From Pyrodictium abyssi (GTDB lineage: Archaea; Thermoproteota; Thermoprotei_A; Sulfolobales; Pyrodictiaceae), in NCBI RefSeq assembly GCF_036323395.1, contig NZ_AP028907.1, forward strand, positions 510,001 through 542,000: a stretch of 32,000 nucleotides of DNA. The letters run 5' to 3'. Below the pieces are notes generated by a model, which saw nothing but the letters and a program-made list of their open reading frames with translations, searched no databases and was not told the DNA's origin. Each line of letters starts with the position of its first letter. The stretch's first letter is position 1. The position numbers and the translations under genes are program-made. Below, one piece after another: positions 24,726-32,000 of this stretch.

Positions 24726-25532
24726 TCACCCTCCGAGGTAGCTGTCTATGACCAGTGGGTTGGAGACTACCTCCTCGGGCCTGCCTTCCGCGATAACTCT
24801 GCCCCGGGCCATCGCGTAGACGTAGTCAACATACTTCATAGCTATGTCGAGACGGTGCTCTATTATGAAGAAGGTTATCCCCTGGTCGCGGAGCTTAACC
24901 AGGAACTGCAGGATCTCATGGGCTAGCGTCGGGTTAACACCGGCGATGGGCTCGTCCATCAGTATCATCTTCGCGCCGCTCATGAGGACACGGGCTATCT
25001 CCAGGAGCTTCATCTGGCCGCCGCTGAGCTGGCCAGCAGGCTGGTCCCAGAGATGGATAAGCCCCACGAGCTTGAGTATACTGAAAGCCTTGTCCACGAG
25101 CTCCTCTTCGCGTGGTAGCCAGCGCCTCCTCTGCAGAGGGGCCGCGAAGGACTCGCCAGGGTGCCCCCGTGCGGCGAGGAGCACGTTCTCGAGCACAGTG
25201 AGCTTGTGGAAGGGCTGCGGCACCTGGAAGGTACGCGCCATCCCCAGGTGGTAGAGCTTGTGCGGAGGCCAGCCCGTGACGTCGCGCCCCTCGAAGACTA
25301 CCCTGCCGCTGTCGGGCCGGTAGAACCCGGCTATCACGTTCAGCAGTGTGCTCTTGCCGCTACCGTTTGGCCCTATCAGCAGGGTTATAGTCCTTCTCCT
25401 GACCTTGACTGTGGCGCCGTCTACCGCTATGACTCCGCCGAACCGTTTCACCACTTTCTCAGCGACAAGTATATACTCGCTGCTATGGTTCATAGCGGTC
25501 ATGGCCGCCGCCTTCTTGTCCACGTTCTCCAT
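24726..25532 (-). CDS. livG: Branched-chain amino acid ABC transporter ATP-binding protein (LivG-type)
   Basis: Has KRFGGVIAVDG, GPNGSGKSTLLN, LSGGQMKLLEIA and ILMDEPIAGVNP. Candidate starts are GTG 25550, ATG 25532, ATG 25502 and ATG 25493; 25532 was chosen from its spacing to the TATA-like box at 25568-25576. Confidence 0.88.
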   Translation of the reverse strand: MENVDKKAAAMTAMNHSSEYILVAEKVVKRFGGVIAVDGATVKVRRRTITLLIGPNGSGKSTLLNVIAGFYRPDSGRVVFEGRDVTGWPPHKLYHLGMARTFQVPQPFHKLTVLENVLLAARGHPGESFAAPLQRRRWLPREEELVDKAFSILKLVGLIHLWDQPAGQLSGGQMKLLEIARVLMSGAKMILMDEPIAGVNPTLAHEILQFLVKLRDQGITFFIIEHRLDIAMKYVDYVYAMARGRVIAEGRPEEVVSNPLVIDSYLGG

Positions 25533-25567
25533 GGAGGCCCCGTGGCCCACTGCTGTTGCACTAGAGT

Positions 25568-25576
25568 CTTAAATAG
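25568..25576 (-). promoter_or_regulatory. TATA-like box for the livGFHM operon
   Basis: Plus-strand CTTAAATAG reads CTATTTAAG on the minus strand, about 36-44 nt upstream of ATG 25532. It is flanked by the direct repeat AGTCTT (25565-25570, 25575-25580). Confidence 0.3.
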
Positions 25577-25593
25577 TCTTGTCCCTGCACACA

Positions 25594-25612
25594 CATAATG
25601 TAAAACATTATG
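25594..25612. promoter_or_regulatory. 7-bp perfect inverted repeat in the divergent liv control region (regulator-site candidate)
   Basis: CATAATG (25594-25600), taaaa, CATTATG (25606-25612) in the AT-rich 198-bp spacer between livG and the binding-protein gene. Confidence 0.35.
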
Positions 25613-25660
25613 AATAGTAGCGAATCTTTAGGTGCCAACAGCACGCGTATATCCGCGTCG

Positions 25661-25671
25661 AAAATATAAAA
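25661..25671 (+). promoter_or_regulatory. TATA-like box for the binding-protein gene
   Basis: AAAATATAAAA lies about 80-85 nt upstream of ATG 25749 and is preceded by the small palindrome ACGCG-tatatc-CGCGT (25643-25658). Confidence 0.35.
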
Positions 25672-25748
25672 GGGGCTCCGGAACCGGTTTCACCGTGGCC
25701 GATGCATGGTCTTGAAAGGAAGCTGGTAGACTCCGGGGTGGATATGTC

Positions 25749-27107
25749 ATGGCCAACCCCCGCACAAGCATAGCGGTCGCAATCGTAGCCATACTAGCCA
25801 TAGCCGGTATAGCCCTCTACCTAGGCGGTAAGGGCGGCGCACCTGCAACACCCACCGCGCCAGCCACAACCGGCCCAGTGCCAGCCACCACAGCCACACA
25901 GGCCGAGACAGCACCAGCAGCTACCCAGACAGCCCAGGCCGAGGCAACAACGGCAGCGGGAGGCCTCAAGGGCGAGGTAGTGATAGGCGCACTCCTCCCG
26001 CTAACCGGCGACCTAGCCAGCTACGGCGAGAACAGCAAGGCAGCCCTAGAGCTAGCCGAGAGGGACATAAACGCCTTCCTAGAGAAGGCCGGCGCGCCGT
26101 TCCGCATAAAGATCGTGGTAGAGGACACCGAGACTAAGCCAGAGGTGTGTCTACAGAAGATACAGGCGCTAGCCGCTAAGGGCTTCAAGTTCTTCATAGG
26201 CCCTATGACAAGCGCTGAGGTGCGCCAGATAAAGAACTTCGCTGACCAGAACAAGCTGCTAGTGATAAGCCAGAGCAGCACCGCCCCAGCCCTAGCCATA
26301 CCCAACGACTATATATTCAGGTTCTGTCCCACCGACAACATACAGGGCCCAGTAATAGCCAAGATGGCTAAGCACTTCGGCATAAAGGCTATAGTGATAA
26401 TGTGGCGTGGCGACGCCTGGGGCGACGGCCTACACGACGCCGTAAAGGAGGCTGCCACCAAGCTAGGCATAGAGGTAATCGACGGCCCCAGGTACGACCC
26501 CAAGGCCAAGGAGTTCAGCACCGAGGTAGACCAGCTAGCTAGCCTAGTACAGGAGGCTGTGAACAAGTACGGCAAGGACAAGGTAGCAGTAGTCTACATA
26601 GGCTTCAACGAGGTAGTACAGGTATTCCAGGTGGCTAGCCAGTACGACGTACTCAAGCAGGTAAGGTGGTTCGGCAGCGACGGTACCGCCCTACTAGACG
26701 AGCTAGTAAAGGACCCAGTAGCCGCCGAGTTCGCCTACCAGGTGAAGTTCCTCAACCCGATATTCGCCGCCTCTAAGAGCCAGAAGTACGACAAGATAGT
26801 AGGGGAGCTACGCCAGAAGCTAGGCCGCGAGCCCGACACCTACGCCCTAGCAGCCTACGACGCCGCGTGGGTGATAACACTATCCCTGCTAGCCACCCAG
26901 AAGTACGACCCAACAGCCGTCAAGGAGATACTAGCGGACGTAGCCTACAACTACTTCGGCGCCACCGGCTGGGTGGTGCTGGACAAGGCTGGCGACCGCG
27001 CCTTCGCCGACTACGACCTATGGCAGGTAGAGAAGGCCGACGGCGGCTACAAGTGGGTACTCAAGGGCGTCTACCAGTACGCTAGCGACAGCTTCAGCTG
27101 GCAGTAA
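25749..27107 (+). CDS. LIV-type (PBP1) ABC transporter substrate-binding protein, membrane-anchored
   Basis: N-terminal TM helix IAVAIVAILAIAGIALYL, then a Thr/Ala/Pro/Gln-rich linker. The binding-protein core follows: VVIGALLPLTGDLASYG ... FIGPMTSAE ... FRFCPTD ... FGSDG. Confidence 0.9.
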   Translation: MANPRTSIAVAIVAILAIAGIALYLGGKGGAPATPTAPATTGPVPATTATQAETAPAATQTAQAEATTAAGGLKGEVVIGALLPLTGDLASYGENSKAALELAERDINAFLEKAGAPFRIKIVVEDTETKPEVCLQKIQALAAKGFKFFIGPMTSAEVRQIKNFADQNKLLVISQSSTAPALAIPNDYIFRFCPTDNIQGPVIAKMAKHFGIKAIVIMWRGDAWGDGLHDAVKEAATKLGIEVIDGPRYDPKAKEFSTEVDQLASLVQEAVNKYGKDKVAVVYIGFNEVVQVFQVASQYDVLKQVRWFGSDGTALLDELVKDPVAAEFAYQVKFLNPIFAASKSQKYDKIVGELRQKLGREPDTYALAAYDAAWVITLSLLATQKYDPTAVKEILADVAYNYFGATGWVVLDKAGDRAFADYDLWQVEKADGGYKWVLKGVYQYASDSFSWQ

Positions 27108-27110
27108 CAC

Positions 27111-27153
27111 ATCTCTTGTTTTTACCACACTCTTAAGTCCCAACCCCGTTTTT
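27111..27153 (+). terminator. Two T5 tracts after the binding-protein gene
   Basis: TTTTT at 27119-27123 and 27149-27153, 12-46 nt after TAA 27105-27107. A GC hairpin follows at 27159-27191. Confidence 0.45.
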
Positions 27154-27442
27154 GGCTAGGCCCACTCGGGTCCTCGACCCCCTCGTGGGCCCGAATGCTC
27201 CTCCCTCGGCGGGGCCCTGCCCTCCTGCGCATCCCGTATCCCTCCTTCTGGGCAATCCTCGGTCAGCTGGACCCTGGGCCCCTGATGGTCCAGTGCAGTG
27301 CTGGGATACGGGCGGCTATGGTTGCGGGCTATGGCGTTTTGGAGCCGGAGGCGCGTGGAGGGAGAAGGAGGCGGATACGCCCCAGGCGGGCTGTGAGGAT
27401 GAAGGAGTAGGTGAGGGCCTGGGAGGGCTAAAGGGTCCTTTG

Positions 27443-28330
27443 TTAGTCTCTTTCCTCGCTGCTGGAGGCTATCTTGTAGCGGCCGGCCAGGTTCTCCACA
27501 AGGCTGTCCTTGGCGGCCTTACAGTATATGGGGGCGAGTGTCTTGGCGCGTAGGCTCGTCTCTACTATGTCGCGTATGTTGCTCGGCTTTTCCATGACCT
27601 CTACTAGGAGGTAGGTGTCCTTGGGCTCGTTTATCTCCTCGACTATCCCGTTCTGCGGGTCCACGACCATGGTGGGTATTTCTACGAGCTTGTCTACGGT
27701 CTCGAACACTGCGCCCACGGCTAGTATGGGGACGTTGTTCTCTACGCTGCGGGCGAGTAGGCTGAGCTTTACCCGGTTCTCGTTCTCGCCGGGCCGGAGG
27801 GTGGCTATGAACGCGGTGGCGCCCTCGAGGAGGAGGCTGCGCGCTACCTCTGGGTAGAATATGTCGTCCTCTGCTAGGATGCCTATGCTCCTCCCTATGT
27901 CGTCTATGACGACGGTGTTGCGTCCCGGGCTTATGCCTAGCTCCTCGTCGAGCCCGTTGCTGGCTATCTTCCTGTACTTCGCTAGGAGGCTGCCGTTGGG
28001 CGATACCACTATCGTGGTGAGGAATATCTTGGGGCCTGCGCGCTCTATGAGGGGCCCGGCTACTATGTAGACGCCGTTCTCGAGCGCGACCATGGAGAGG
28101 TACTCGAAGGTGTTCCCGGGTATGCGCTCAGCCTGGTTCCGTGTTATGGCTCGGTTGCGGGTCCGCGGGTAGTGGAGGAAGAACGGCCCTATGTTCACGA
28201 AGGCTGGCAGCACGACCAGCCTAGCTCCCTTGAGAGCGGCCTCCTTGACTAGCTTCCTGGCCTTCTCGAGGTTGGACTTCTTGGCGAGAGGCTTTAGCCT
28301 CATGTGTATCAGCGCCACGGTTATAGGCAC
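27443..28330 (-). CDS. Carbon-nitrogen hydrolase (nitrilase) superfamily protein lacking the canonical catalytic Glu and Cys
   Basis: Fold-typical order ITVALIHM..NLEKARKLVKEAALKGARLVVLPAF ... YRKIAS ... SIGILAEDDIFYPEVAR ... FIATLRPG. The family PE position reads PA (A at 28202-28204) and the nucleophile Cys position reads E/A (27869-27874). Lys is retained. GTG start at 28330. Confidence 0.7.
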   Translation of the reverse strand: MPITVALIHMRLKPLAKKSNLEKARKLVKEAALKGARLVVLPAFVNIGPFFLHYPRTRNRAITRNQAERIPGNTFEYLSMVALENGVYIVAGPLIERAGPKIFLTTIVVSPNGSLLAKYRKIASNGLDEELGISPGRNTVVIDDIGRSIGILAEDDIFYPEVARSLLLEGATAFIATLRPGENENRVKLSLLARSVENNVPILAVGAVFETVDKLVEIPTMVVDPQNGIVEEINEPKDTYLLVEVMEKPSNIRDIVETSLRAKTLAPIYCKAAKDSLVENLAGRYKIASSSEERD

Positions 28331-28685
28331 AGACCACCGACCTCCAACCGCTCCTGCAAGAGGGCTAGAGCCGACACGACATGCATAGCCGCGTCATGGA
28401 CTCTACACCTGGGGGCTTCCCGCGTAAAGCGCTGGGCGGGACCCAGGCCCCCCGGGGCTTAGTGGTCCCCCGGAGCTAGCCTGGGCTGTAGGTGGGAGAA
28501 CCCGTGATAACTCCTATACGGTATTCCAAGGGATAAAACCTCTTAGGCTCCTCTGGCGCCGTGTGTGGCCCCTCCTCTCCCTCAATGCTTGTGTGCTCCT
28601 CTGGGGTTTCTTGTGCGAACACTATATTGCCTGCAGCCAGTCTACATACACGATTGCAGAGTGTGGGAGAGGTGCGCATATAGAT

Positions 28686-30281
28686 ATGGGTATATCCTCG
28701 TACAGCAGCCTTGCACGCCTAGCAGCCCTCGCGCTCATACTGGCTGCCGCGCTGGGCAGCCTAGCGGCCGCCCAGCAGCCTGGCGGCATGGAGCCGGTCC
28801 GCGTCGAGGTGCGCAACTCGACCTTCAAGGTGCTAGTCTACGGTGATGGCGCAGTACAGCCGGTCTACCACCTGGATATGACCGTGTACGTGCCAGGAGG
28901 CACGAACTCCTCCGGCAAGCTGGTCCTAAGCTACGAGGGGCGCTACACGGGGTCGGAGGAGATGACGACCGTCAAGGGCTCGGGGAGTATAGAGCTGCCA
29001 GAGCCTGTCGACAAGCCCGGCGCACTGACGATAGAGGTTAGCGGGAGCTACCAGTACAGCAGCGGTAGCGGCTCGTTCGCCATGCAGGGATACATGGTCT
29101 TCCCAGGCGACGAGGGCGAGTCTAGAGTCGACATAGAGAAGCTGGAGGCAACGATAGAGGGCTCCAAGATAGTGGTCACGGCCGACATAGTGGCCCCCTC
29201 CAAGACTGTGGAGGGTGAGGGCCAGGAGGTGCCTACCGTCGACGAGATAAACAAGCAGCTAGCTAGCCAGGGGATAGACTACATACGCGTAGAAGAGCTC
29301 GGAGCCATAATGCAGCAGGGCGGCCGCGTAAAGCTCCACATAAGCGCCTCGATAGACGTCGACAAGGCGATAGCAGCGGCGAAGACAATGGGCCTTAGCG
29401 AGAGCGACGCAGAGGCGGTAAAGAGCCTCATGTCGGCGGAGCTGAGCCTCCAGGGAGAGTTCAGGCTAAGCATGACCGCCGAGGCGGAGGGAAAGAGGTT
29501 CACGCTCGACCTGAGCTACAGTAGCAGGAGCAGCGGCGACCTGGACAAAGCCCAGGTGCTCGTCGCAAAGTCCATGCCGGCCCTACAGAGGCTCTCTATG
29601 GCTCTGGCGATGCAGCTCAGCCAGGTGAGCAGCGAGACGCCCGCCCCAATGCCTATGGTAGGGATGCCGGGCATTGGGATGATGCAGACCGCGATGCCCC
29701 TGGTCAAGGCGGCGCCCAGTGAAGCCAAGGCCACGGCGGAGATAGTGGTGCTGGACGACCGTGTAGAGGTTAGGGTGGACTACCGGGGGCACCGGGTGCG
29801 CGTGCCAGAGCCGAGCGGCGACCCGGCCCGCGACGCTGAGAAAGCGCTTACAATGCTATCCACGGCCTACGGCCAGATGCTCCCGATGCTCCAGCAGCTA
29901 GCCTTCATAGCGCCGGGCCTCGAGAAGGCCATCCCCGGCGAGGCCATGCTCGAGCCCGTAGGCGAGGGCGTCGAGCTTACGGCCCGGCGGGTGCCGCTCC
30001 AGCAGCTAGCCACGGTGGGCGTCAAGATAGCCGGCCCCGGTGCGCAGGGGCAGCAGACAGGGATGCCGACGGAGACTGCAGCGGCGCAGACGGCTACCGT
30101 GCAGGCTGAGCAGACTAAGGCCAGCGGAGCCACGGCTACCACGGCTAAGCCGGCCCCGGCCACGGCTGGCGGGGAGCAGACGGCTGAGGAGAAGGGCGTG
30201 GGAGCCAACACTACGCTCATAGCTGCGGGTGTAGTGGCGGTAGTAGGGGCTGCAGCAGCGGTGGTACTTCTGAGACGCTAG
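28686..30281 (+). CDS. Secreted, C-terminally membrane-anchored surface protein (hypothetical)
   Basis: ATG 28686 gives the signal-like MGISSYSSLARLAALALILAAALGSLAAAQQ. There are N-glycosylation sequons (NST, NSS, NTT) and a Thr/Ala/Gln-rich stalk. The C-terminal helix is LIAAGVVAVVGAAAAVVLLRR. The 41 codons upstream in the track ORF look non-coding. Confidence 0.6.
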   Translation: MGISSYSSLARLAALALILAAALGSLAAAQQPGGMEPVRVEVRNSTFKVLVYGDGAVQPVYHLDMTVYVPGGTNSSGKLVLSYEGRYTGSEEMTTVKGSGSIELPEPVDKPGALTIEVSGSYQYSSGSGSFAMQGYMVFPGDEGESRVDIEKLEATIEGSKIVVTADIVAPSKTVEGEGQEVPTVDEINKQLASQGIDYIRVEELGAIMQQGGRVKLHISASIDVDKAIAAAKTMGLSESDAEAVKSLMSAELSLQGEFRLSMTAEAEGKRFTLDLSYSSRSSGDLDKAQVLVAKSMPALQRLSMALAMQLSQVSSETPAPMPMVGMPGIGMMQTAMPLVKAAPSEAKATAEIVVLDDRVEVRVDYRGHRVRVPEPSGDPARDAEKALTMLSTAYGQMLPMLQQLAFIAPGLEKAIPGEAMLEPVGEGVELTARRVPLQQLATVGVKIAGPGAQGQQTGMPTETAAAQTATVQAEQTKASGATATTAKPAPATAGGEQTAEEKGVGANTTLIAAGVVAVVGAAAAVVLLRR

Positions 30282-30512
30282 CCCCCAGGGGGCCCAGCCG
30301 TTAGCGTCCGTGGCGCGTCTTGGCGTAGCCCTCGTTTTTCCTTCCTCGTAGAGTCTCGTGTGTCTCCTTCCTGGCTGCTCTGCTGGGCGCCAGGTCCTGC
30401 CAGGTAACCGGCTGGGCTAGCGTGCCCCGGAGACAACACGAAGCCGTTTCTTAAACGCTGCGTTAAAATCAGCCTGGGAGCCTCCAGGGCCCCGGAGGGT
30501 GCAAAGCCGGCC

Positions 30513-31268
30513 ATGAGGCGCCTGCTGCGGCCCCCTCGGGAGCCCAGCGCGCTAGGCATAATGGCCTTCAGCGCCCTGGTGGGCCTAGCGACGGCGGCTA
30601 GCCCGAGCCCGGCAGGGCTAGCCCTCGCCGTAGCCGCGGTGCTCCTCCACGTGTTCACGTTCGACGCGGCCTTCGACGCTGCTAGGCTCCGGAGGCGGGG
30701 GCTGCTCGCCGCGCTAGCGGCGCTGAACGCCTCCCCCTACCTCCTAGCCGTGCTGCTCTGGCGCGACTGGGTGCTCGCTGCTGCTGTGCTCGCCTACGCT
30801 CCGGTGCTGGCCGTCTACCTGGTGCTGAGTCTCCGGGGCGCGCTGAGGACACCGCCGGGCTACATCGCGGGCGCAGCGCTGCTAGCCTACACGGCTGTGC
30901 TCTCGGCCGCGCTGGCGGGGGAGCCGACCAGGCTGACACTGGCTGGCTTCGCGCTAATGATGCTCTACACGGCGAGCACAGCAGCCTACGTGGAGACACG
31001 GCTACCCACGAGGAGGACGAGCCCGCTCCTCCCGCTAGCGGTATGGCTTCCAGCGCTCCCCGTGGCAGCAGCTACCTGGCCCTGGCTCTTACTAGCCTGC
31101 ATAGAGCCCACGGCCAAGCTGATGGTAAACGCGGCGAGGAACACCAAGATAGACATGAGGGAGATAAGGCGGCTAGGCTGGAGGGAGCTCGCCCGGCTAA
31201 CACTCTTCACAGCCCTGCTCACTGCCTCGCTAGCAGTGCTCCGTGGGACAGACCCAGAAGCCCCGTAG
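30513..31268 (+). CDS. Polytopic integral membrane protein (hypothetical)
   Basis: 251 aa with about 7-8 Ala/Leu-rich hydrophobic segments. TTAAAC/TTAAAA boxes at 30451-30468 lie upstream, and the gene is directly followed by the CDF gene in the same frame. Confidence 0.5.
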   Translation: MRRLLRPPREPSALGIMAFSALVGLATAASPSPAGLALAVAAVLLHVFTFDAAFDAARLRRRGLLAALAALNASPYLLAVLLWRDWVLAAAVLAYAPVLAVYLVLSLRGALRTPPGYIAGAALLAYTAVLSAALAGEPTRLTLAGFALMMLYTASTAAYVETRLPTRRTSPLLPLAVWLPALPVAAATWPWLLLACIEPTAKLMVNAARNTKIDMREIRRLGWRELARLTLFTALLTASLAVLRGTDPEAP

Positions 31269-31307
31269 GGGGCTTCCTACCACTTATCAAGGGGAAGGGG
31301 GGCACTG

Positions 31308-32000
31308 GTGCCTCCCCTGAGGTGCCGCCGGGCTGTGCTAGACCGGGGCCTACTCGCGGTAGCCCTCCTCAGCCTCGCGGGCGCTGCTGTGAAGATCTAC
31401 GGCTCGCTCGTCTACGGCAGCCGTGCGCTGCTCGTGGACGCGCTCACCTGCGCTGCGAACATGGCTGCGCTCGCGGCCATGCTCTGGTACCTCCACGTCT
31501 CCCGTGCCCCGCCGGACGAGGACCACCCCTACGGGCACCAGAGGCTGCGCTACGGCGGCGCGCTCGCCAGCCTCTCCGCGTACATGTTCGTGGCCGGTGC
31601 TTCGGCGGCGGCGCTGGTCTACAGCCTCGGCGGCTACACGGTGGAGGCGGGCAGCACGGCAGCCGCCCTGGCAGGCAGCGCGTTCTACGCAGCCGCGATA
31701 TACGTGGCCCGGGGCATCGACCCCGTGCTCCGGGTCTACGCGGGCTTCACGGCGAGCGAGCTGATAGAGAGCGGCGTCACGGCTGCGAGTAGCTGGCTCG
31801 GCGCAAGCCTAGGCTACCTCTACGACCTAGCCGGCGGCGTGGCCATCCTCGCCTACCTGCTCCACGAGGCCGTGGAGACCCACCACAAGCTGATGAAGAT
31901 ATTCGCCGACACTGCTGCTCCACAGCACTTCTACGAGCTGGTCGAGCGCGAGGCGCTGCTCCGCGGCCTACACCCCGTCCGTGTCAGGCTCCGCATGGTG
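31308..32000 (+). CDS. Cation diffusion facilitator (CDF) family metal transporter, 3'-truncated by the window edge
   Basis: Frame 3 is open from GTG 31308 to the window end: AVKIYGSLVYGSRALLVDALTCAANM...PPDEDHPYGHQRLRYGGAL...LLHEAVETHHKLM. The DxxxD-like TM2 and HPYGHxR motifs are CDF hallmarks. It is absent from the ORF track because no stop lies in the window. Confidence 0.8.
   Translation, partial: MPPLRCRRAVLDRGLLAVALLSLAGAAVKIYGSLVYGSRALLVDALTCAANMAALAAMLWYLHVSRAPPDEDHPYGHQRLRYGGALASLSAYMFVAGASAAALVYSLGGYTVEAGSTAAALAGSAFYAAAIYVARGIDPVLRVYAGFTASELIESGVTAASSWLGASLGYLYDLAGGVAILAYLLHEAVETHHKLMKIFADTAAPQHFYELVEREALLRGLHPVRVRLRMV

Noticed and set aside
27152-27553. 133-aa plus-strand ORF in the convergent spacer
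   Set aside because: It is Gly/Pro/Ala-rich, has a TTG start, and runs 110 nt into the C-terminus of the C-N hydrolase-like gene on the other strand. No supporting signals were seen.
30278-31792. ORFs 30278-30658 (minus), 30682-30999 (minus) and 31043-31792 (plus, 249 aa)
   Set aside because: These Arg/Pro/Gly-rich alternate frames overlap the polytopic membrane protein and the CDF transporter frames, both of which have coherent hydrophobic periodicity or family motifs.
1-32000. CRISPR arrays, IS elements/transposases, integrases, rRNA
   Set aside because: No regularly spaced 24-40 bp repeats, no terminal inverted repeats flanking a transposase-like ORF, and no rRNA-like conserved strings were seen anywhere in the window.

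Overview
High-GC archaeal chromosomal window, roughly 60-65% GC by eye, with a few sharply AT-richer islands. Codon usage (CTA/ATA/AGG/AAG), TTAAA-type promoter boxes, oligo-T terminators, frequent GTG/TTG starts and the gene content suggest a hyperthermophilic crenarchaeon, possibly Desulfurococcales-like (inference only). All family calls come from motifs I recognise in the supplied translations; no searches were run. Most of the window is ordinary transport and housekeeping. It holds a BMP/nucleoside-type ABC importer without a binding-protein gene (2885-6444), a gamma-glutamylcyclotransferase-like gene and TsaC/YrdC. It also holds a copper P-type ATPase with a TRASH/YHS metallochaperone (11203-13976), MscS, a DUF364-like protein and a HemN-like radical SAM enzyme. 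Further along are an ornithine cyclodeaminase/alanine dehydrogenase-family gene, a complete LIV-type ABC system (livGFHM on the minus strand, divergent binding protein, 21835-27107), a membrane protein and a partial CDF transporter. No rRNA, tRNA, CRISPR array or recognisable transposase/integrase was seen. Five items deserve a second look. (1) An OLD/PARIS/DUF4276-style pair at 510-2724: an ABC-type ATPase broken by at least four frameshifts next to an intact Toprim-like partner, with a strong compositional break inside the ATPase gene. (2) A HerA/DUF87-type ATPase fused to a C-terminal SWIM zinc finger with no NurA-like partner (18743-20845). (3) An orphan protein with a PD-(D/E)xK nuclease motif behind a 390-bp AT-rich, repeat-bearing spacer (13977-15186). 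(4) An archaeal DUF234-type ATPase/nuclease preceded by a perfect 12-bp palindrome and followed by a beta-propeller gene (8541-11097). (5) A nitrilase-superfamily protein lacking both the catalytic Glu and Cys (27443-28330). I see no compelling evidence for a complete, intact novel multi-gene system. The ATPase/Toprim-like module and the HerA-SWIM gene are the best defence-like candidates.
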